Of a stretch of 64,000 nt of DNA, positions 61,453-64,000 are shown piece by piece. Position numbers and translations under genes: made by a program. Origin of the DNA: an uncultured Chloroflexia bacterium (lineage in GTDB: Bacteria > Chloroflexota > Limnocylindria > Limnocylindrales > CSP1-4). The first letter of the stretch is position 1. Each line of letters begins with the position of its first letter. Below the pieces are notes generated by a model, which was given only the letters and a program-made list of their open reading frames with translations, was not told where the DNA came from and ran no database searches. The stretch covers positions 358,794-422,793 of the forward strand of contig CAVXLA010000004.1 of assembly GCA_963762445.1 (NCBI GenBank). The letters run 5' to 3'.

Positions 61453-62352
61453 TCAGCCCACCTCCACGGCCTCGCGGCCGTACTGGGCGAGGAATGTCTC
61501 CTCGAGGCTGGGCTCCCGCGAGACGAAGTCCAGCAGCTCGTACCGCGCCGCGGCCTGCACGACCGGGGTGATCGCCCCGGCGACGCGCAGGCGGAGCACG
61601 TGGTCCTCGACCACCACCTCGCTGACGCCGGGGAGGGCCTCGAAGGCGGCCGCCGGGACCTCGCCCGCGAAGCGCAGCTCGACCTGGTGGTGGGCCAGGT
61701 CGCGGAGGTCGTCGACGGTGCCGACCTTCACCAGGCGTCCCTCGCGGATGATCCCGACGCGGTCGGCGGTCTTCTCCACCTCGGACAGGATGTGGGAGGA
61801 GAGGAAGACCGTCGCCCCGCCGGCCACCGCCTCGCGGAGGATGTTGAAGAAGGTCTGCTGGACGAGCGGGTCGAGGCCCGACGTCGGCTCGTCGAGCAGC
61901 AGCAGCTCGGGGCGGTGCTGGAGGGCGATGACGAGCGCGACCTTCTGCTTGTTGCCCTTGCTGTACTCCTTGAACTTCCGTGACGGGTCGAGGTCGAGGC
62001 GCTCGACGAGGCTGGCCTGGTAGGCGGGGTCGACGCCGCCGCGCAGGTTGGCGAAGTACTGGAGGTGCTGGGCGCCCGTCAGGCGGTCGTAGAGGGCGAA
62101 CTCGCCGGGCAGGTACCCGATCCGGCGATGGATCGCCACCGGGTCGGCCGACGATTCGATGCCGAAGACGCGCGCGACGCCCGAGGTCGGCCGGATCAGG
62201 TCGAGCAGGGTCCGGATCGTCGTCGTCTTGCCGGCGCCGTTCGGACCCAGGAAGCCGAAGACCTCGCCCTCCTGCACCGCCAGGTCGACCTCGACGATCC
62301 CCCGGTGGCTCCCGTAGCTCTTGGTCAGGCGCTCGGTCTCGATGACGTTCAT
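61453..62352 (-). CDS. ABC transporter ATP-binding protein (ABC-2/DrrA-like).
   Basis: Walker A GPNGAGKTT, signature SKGNKQK, Walker B LLLLDEPTSGLD. The ATG near 62350-62352 was confirmed. Confidence 0.85.
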   Translation of the reverse strand: MNVIETERLTKSYGSHRGIVEVDLAVQEGEVFGFLGPNGAGKTTTIRTLLDLIRPTSGVARVFGIESSADPVAIHRRIGYLPGEFALYDRLTGAQHLQYFANLRGGVDPAYQASLVERLDLDPSRKFKEYSKGNKQKVALVIALQHRPELLLLDEPTSGLDPLVQQTFFNILREAVAGGATVFLSSHILSEVEKTADRVGIIREGRLVKVGTVDDLRDLAHHQVELRFAGEVPAAAFEALPGVSEVVVEDHVLRLRVAGAITPVVQAAARYELLDFVSREPSLEETFLAQYGREAVEVG

Positions 62353-62480
62353 GCGGACAGACACCCTTTCCGCGCCGCGCGGCGGCGCCGGCGCTCCGTC
62401 GGGAGCGACCACTCCAGCTCGAGGAGCCGGCCGGGATCCGGCCACCGCTCGAGCGCCTCCTCGCGACCTGTGCGCACGCC

Positions 62481-62948
62481 TCAGCCCGCCTCCGCGGCCC
62501 GCTTGAGCGCCGACAGCTCGGCCTCGAGACGCGGGCCGATCGTCCGGCGCTCGAGGCGCAGCAGCGCCCGGCCGAGCGGCGAGCGGCCCTCGAGGTGGAC
62601 GGCGCACGCCACCCGCGTGCCCCCGGCCGCCGGGGCCAGCTCCCAGCGCCGCTCGCCGACGATGGTGCCGCCGCCGATCGCCATCCGGAAGCGACGCTCC
62701 GGGCGCGCCTCGAGGCTCTCCAGCTCGGCCCCGAGGGCGACGGGACCCAGGCGGAACCGCGCCCGTCGGCGCGCGCCGACGGCCGGCCAGTCGGGACCGG
62801 CCGGCCCCGGGGCCAGGATGGCATCCGTGGCCGAGGCCCGGGCAGGATCGTGGAGGGCCAGCCAGACGACCGCCGGCGGCGCGTCGACGAACAGGCGGCG
62901 CTCCACCGCGTCGCGCGGGAGCCGCGGGGTGGCGGGCCCGGCTGCCAT
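62481..62948 (-). CDS. SRPBCC-family protein.
   Basis: SRPBCC/polyketide-cyclase-like fold similarity (LFVDAPPAVVWLALHDPARAS...). Start assigned to the internal ATG. Confidence 0.5.
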   Translation of the reverse strand: MAAGPATPRLPRDAVERRLFVDAPPAVVWLALHDPARASATDAILAPGPAGPDWPAVGARRRARFRLGPVALGAELESLEARPERRFRMAIGGGTIVGERRWELAPAAGGTRVACAVHLEGRSPLGRALLRLERRTIGPRLEAELSALKRAAEAG

Positions 62949-63011
62949 GGCCCAATTATCGCACCCGGACGGTGCCACCCCCGCGCCCCGCGGGCCTGCG
63001 GAGCCGGGGGG

Positions 63012-64000
63012 TCAGATGCCGGCGCGCCGGGCCGGGAGCGGCGGCAGCCGCTTTCTCCCCTTGACCAGGAAGTGGTCGAACCAGCCGCGCACCTGGACGA
63101 GGTTCTCGACGCGCCGGAAGGGCGTGCCGGAGCGGGTCAGCTCGTGCGTCTCGTTCGGGACCCGCATCAGGCGGACGGGCCGCCGCAGGGTGCGGAGCAC
63201 GGCGAAGAGGGCCTCGGCCTGGCCCATCGGGCAGCGCAGGTCGTTCTCGGCGTGCTGGATGAGGAGCGGCGTCCGGATCCGGTCGGCGTAGGTGATCGGC
63301 GAGAGCTCGCGGTAGAGGTCGGGCGCCTCCCAGGGCTGGGCCCCGAACTCCAGGATCCCGAAGATGCCGCCCGCCAGGTCGCCGGTCAGCATGAGGCTCG
63401 TCAGGTCGGTCACGCTCCGGCAGGTCATCGCCGCCGCGAAGCGCTCCGTGTGGCCAACGATCCAGTTCGTCAGGTAGCCGCCGTACGAGCCTCCCGTCAC
63501 CCCGAGCCGGGTCGGGTCGGCGACGCCGGCCTCCACGAGGGCGTCCACGTGGGCCATGACGTCGCGCATCGGGCCGGCGCCCCAGTCGGGGAGGTTCGCG
63601 GCGTTGAAATCCTCGCCGTAGCCCTCGGAGCCCCGCGGGTTCGTGGAGAGCACGCTGACCCCGGCCCCCGCCAGGACCTGGAACTCCCAGTAGGGCGCCC
63701 ACCCGTAGAGGGTGTGGGGCCCGCCGTGGATCTCGAGCACGAGGGGGGCCGGCTCTCCCCGCTCCGCTGCGGCGGCACGGATGAGCCAGCCCTGGATCTC
63801 GCGGCCGTCGACCGTCAGGGAGCGCTCCTCGGGAGCCCGGACGTCCAGCTCGGCGAGGACCGCCTCGTTGAAGGCCGTCAGTCGGCGGGGACCGGCCCCG
63901 GCCGCTGGCCGCCCGTCGGGCGCCAGGTCCACGACGTGGACGTCCGCAAGCTCGGTTGCGGTCGAGCGGATCGCCGCGATCCGGGCGCCGCCGCCGGCGA
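63012..64000 (-). CDS. S9-family serine peptidase (prolyl oligopeptidase / acylaminoacyl-peptidase-like). Only the C-terminal catalytic domain is in the window, so the gene is 5'-partial.
   Basis: GGSYGG nucleophile motif plus Asp/His catalytic residues (ENDLRCP; ETHEL). The ORF runs to the window edge. Confidence 0.75.
   Translation of the reverse strand, partial: AGGGARIAAIRSTATELADVHVVDLAPDGRPAAGAGPRRLTAFNEAVLAELDVRAPEERSLTVDGREIQGWLIRAAAAERGEPAPLVLEIHGGPHTLYGWAPYWEFQVLAGAGVSVLSTNPRGSEGYGEDFNAANLPDWGAGPMRDVMAHVDALVEAGVADPTRLGVTGGSYGGYLTNWIVGHTERFAAAMTCRSVTDLTSLMLTGDLAGGIFGILEFGAQPWEAPDLYRELSPITYADRIRTPLLIQHAENDLRCPMGQAEALFAVLRTLRRPVRLMRVPNETHELTRSGTPFRRVENLVQVRGWFDHFLVKGRKRLPPLPARRAGI

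Overview
This window is high-GC (roughly 70%+) chromosomal DNA, almost certainly from an Actinomycetota genome. The guess rests on F420 biosynthesis genes (cofD/cofC/cofE), luciferase-like monooxygenase (LLM) and PPOX-class F420 enzymes, the argCJB-R-G order, and frequent GTGA/ATGA start-stop overlaps. Coding density is high. Many long ORFs in the six-frame track are high-GC artefacts that run antisense or out of frame to genes that can be recognised. Gene content is mostly core metabolism:
- a NitT/TauT-type ABC importer (ATPase, permease, NMT1/THI5-like lipoprotein binding protein)
- a divergent MarR/YceI pair
- a DUF72, MocA oxidoreductase and PQQ sugar dehydrogenase run
- aceE, pncA, a FEN-like 5'-3' exonuclease, suhB, deoD
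- a xylAB plus xylFGH xylose locus
- a vanadium-haloperoxidase-like PAP2 enzyme next to an FG-GAP/ASPIC-UnbV protein and an M24-like peptidase
- an F420 island (PPOX, LLM, cofD, cofC, cofE, frameshifted LLM)
- trxB, a methyltransferase and an ABC exporter, then osmC
- an arginine cluster argC-argJ-argB-argR-argG with paired ARG boxes over a promoter (argH sits ~10 kb away on the other strand)
- a GAF histidine kinase with response regulator
- gltB with a homocysteine S-methyltransferase, ldh, MFS and EamA transporters
- an SRPBCC / ABC-2 exporter / tag operon, and a partial S9 peptidase

The most unusual signal is at the very start of the window (about 36-330). It is a head-to-tail array of at least nine ~20-nt hairpins. 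Each has an invariant C-GCAA-G tetraloop, and the 6-8 bp stems differ between units but keep their pairing (compensatory changes). It lies in non-coding sequence (third-position GC drops) in front of the ABC importer and probably continues upstream of the window. I read it as a candidate structured RNA or protein-binding hairpin array that I cannot assign to a known family.

Three genes carry apparent single-nucleotide indels: an LLM oxidoreductase, the EamA transporter and tag. These are either real pseudogenes or assembly errors. Coordinates taken from visual indexing of the sequence may be off by one.
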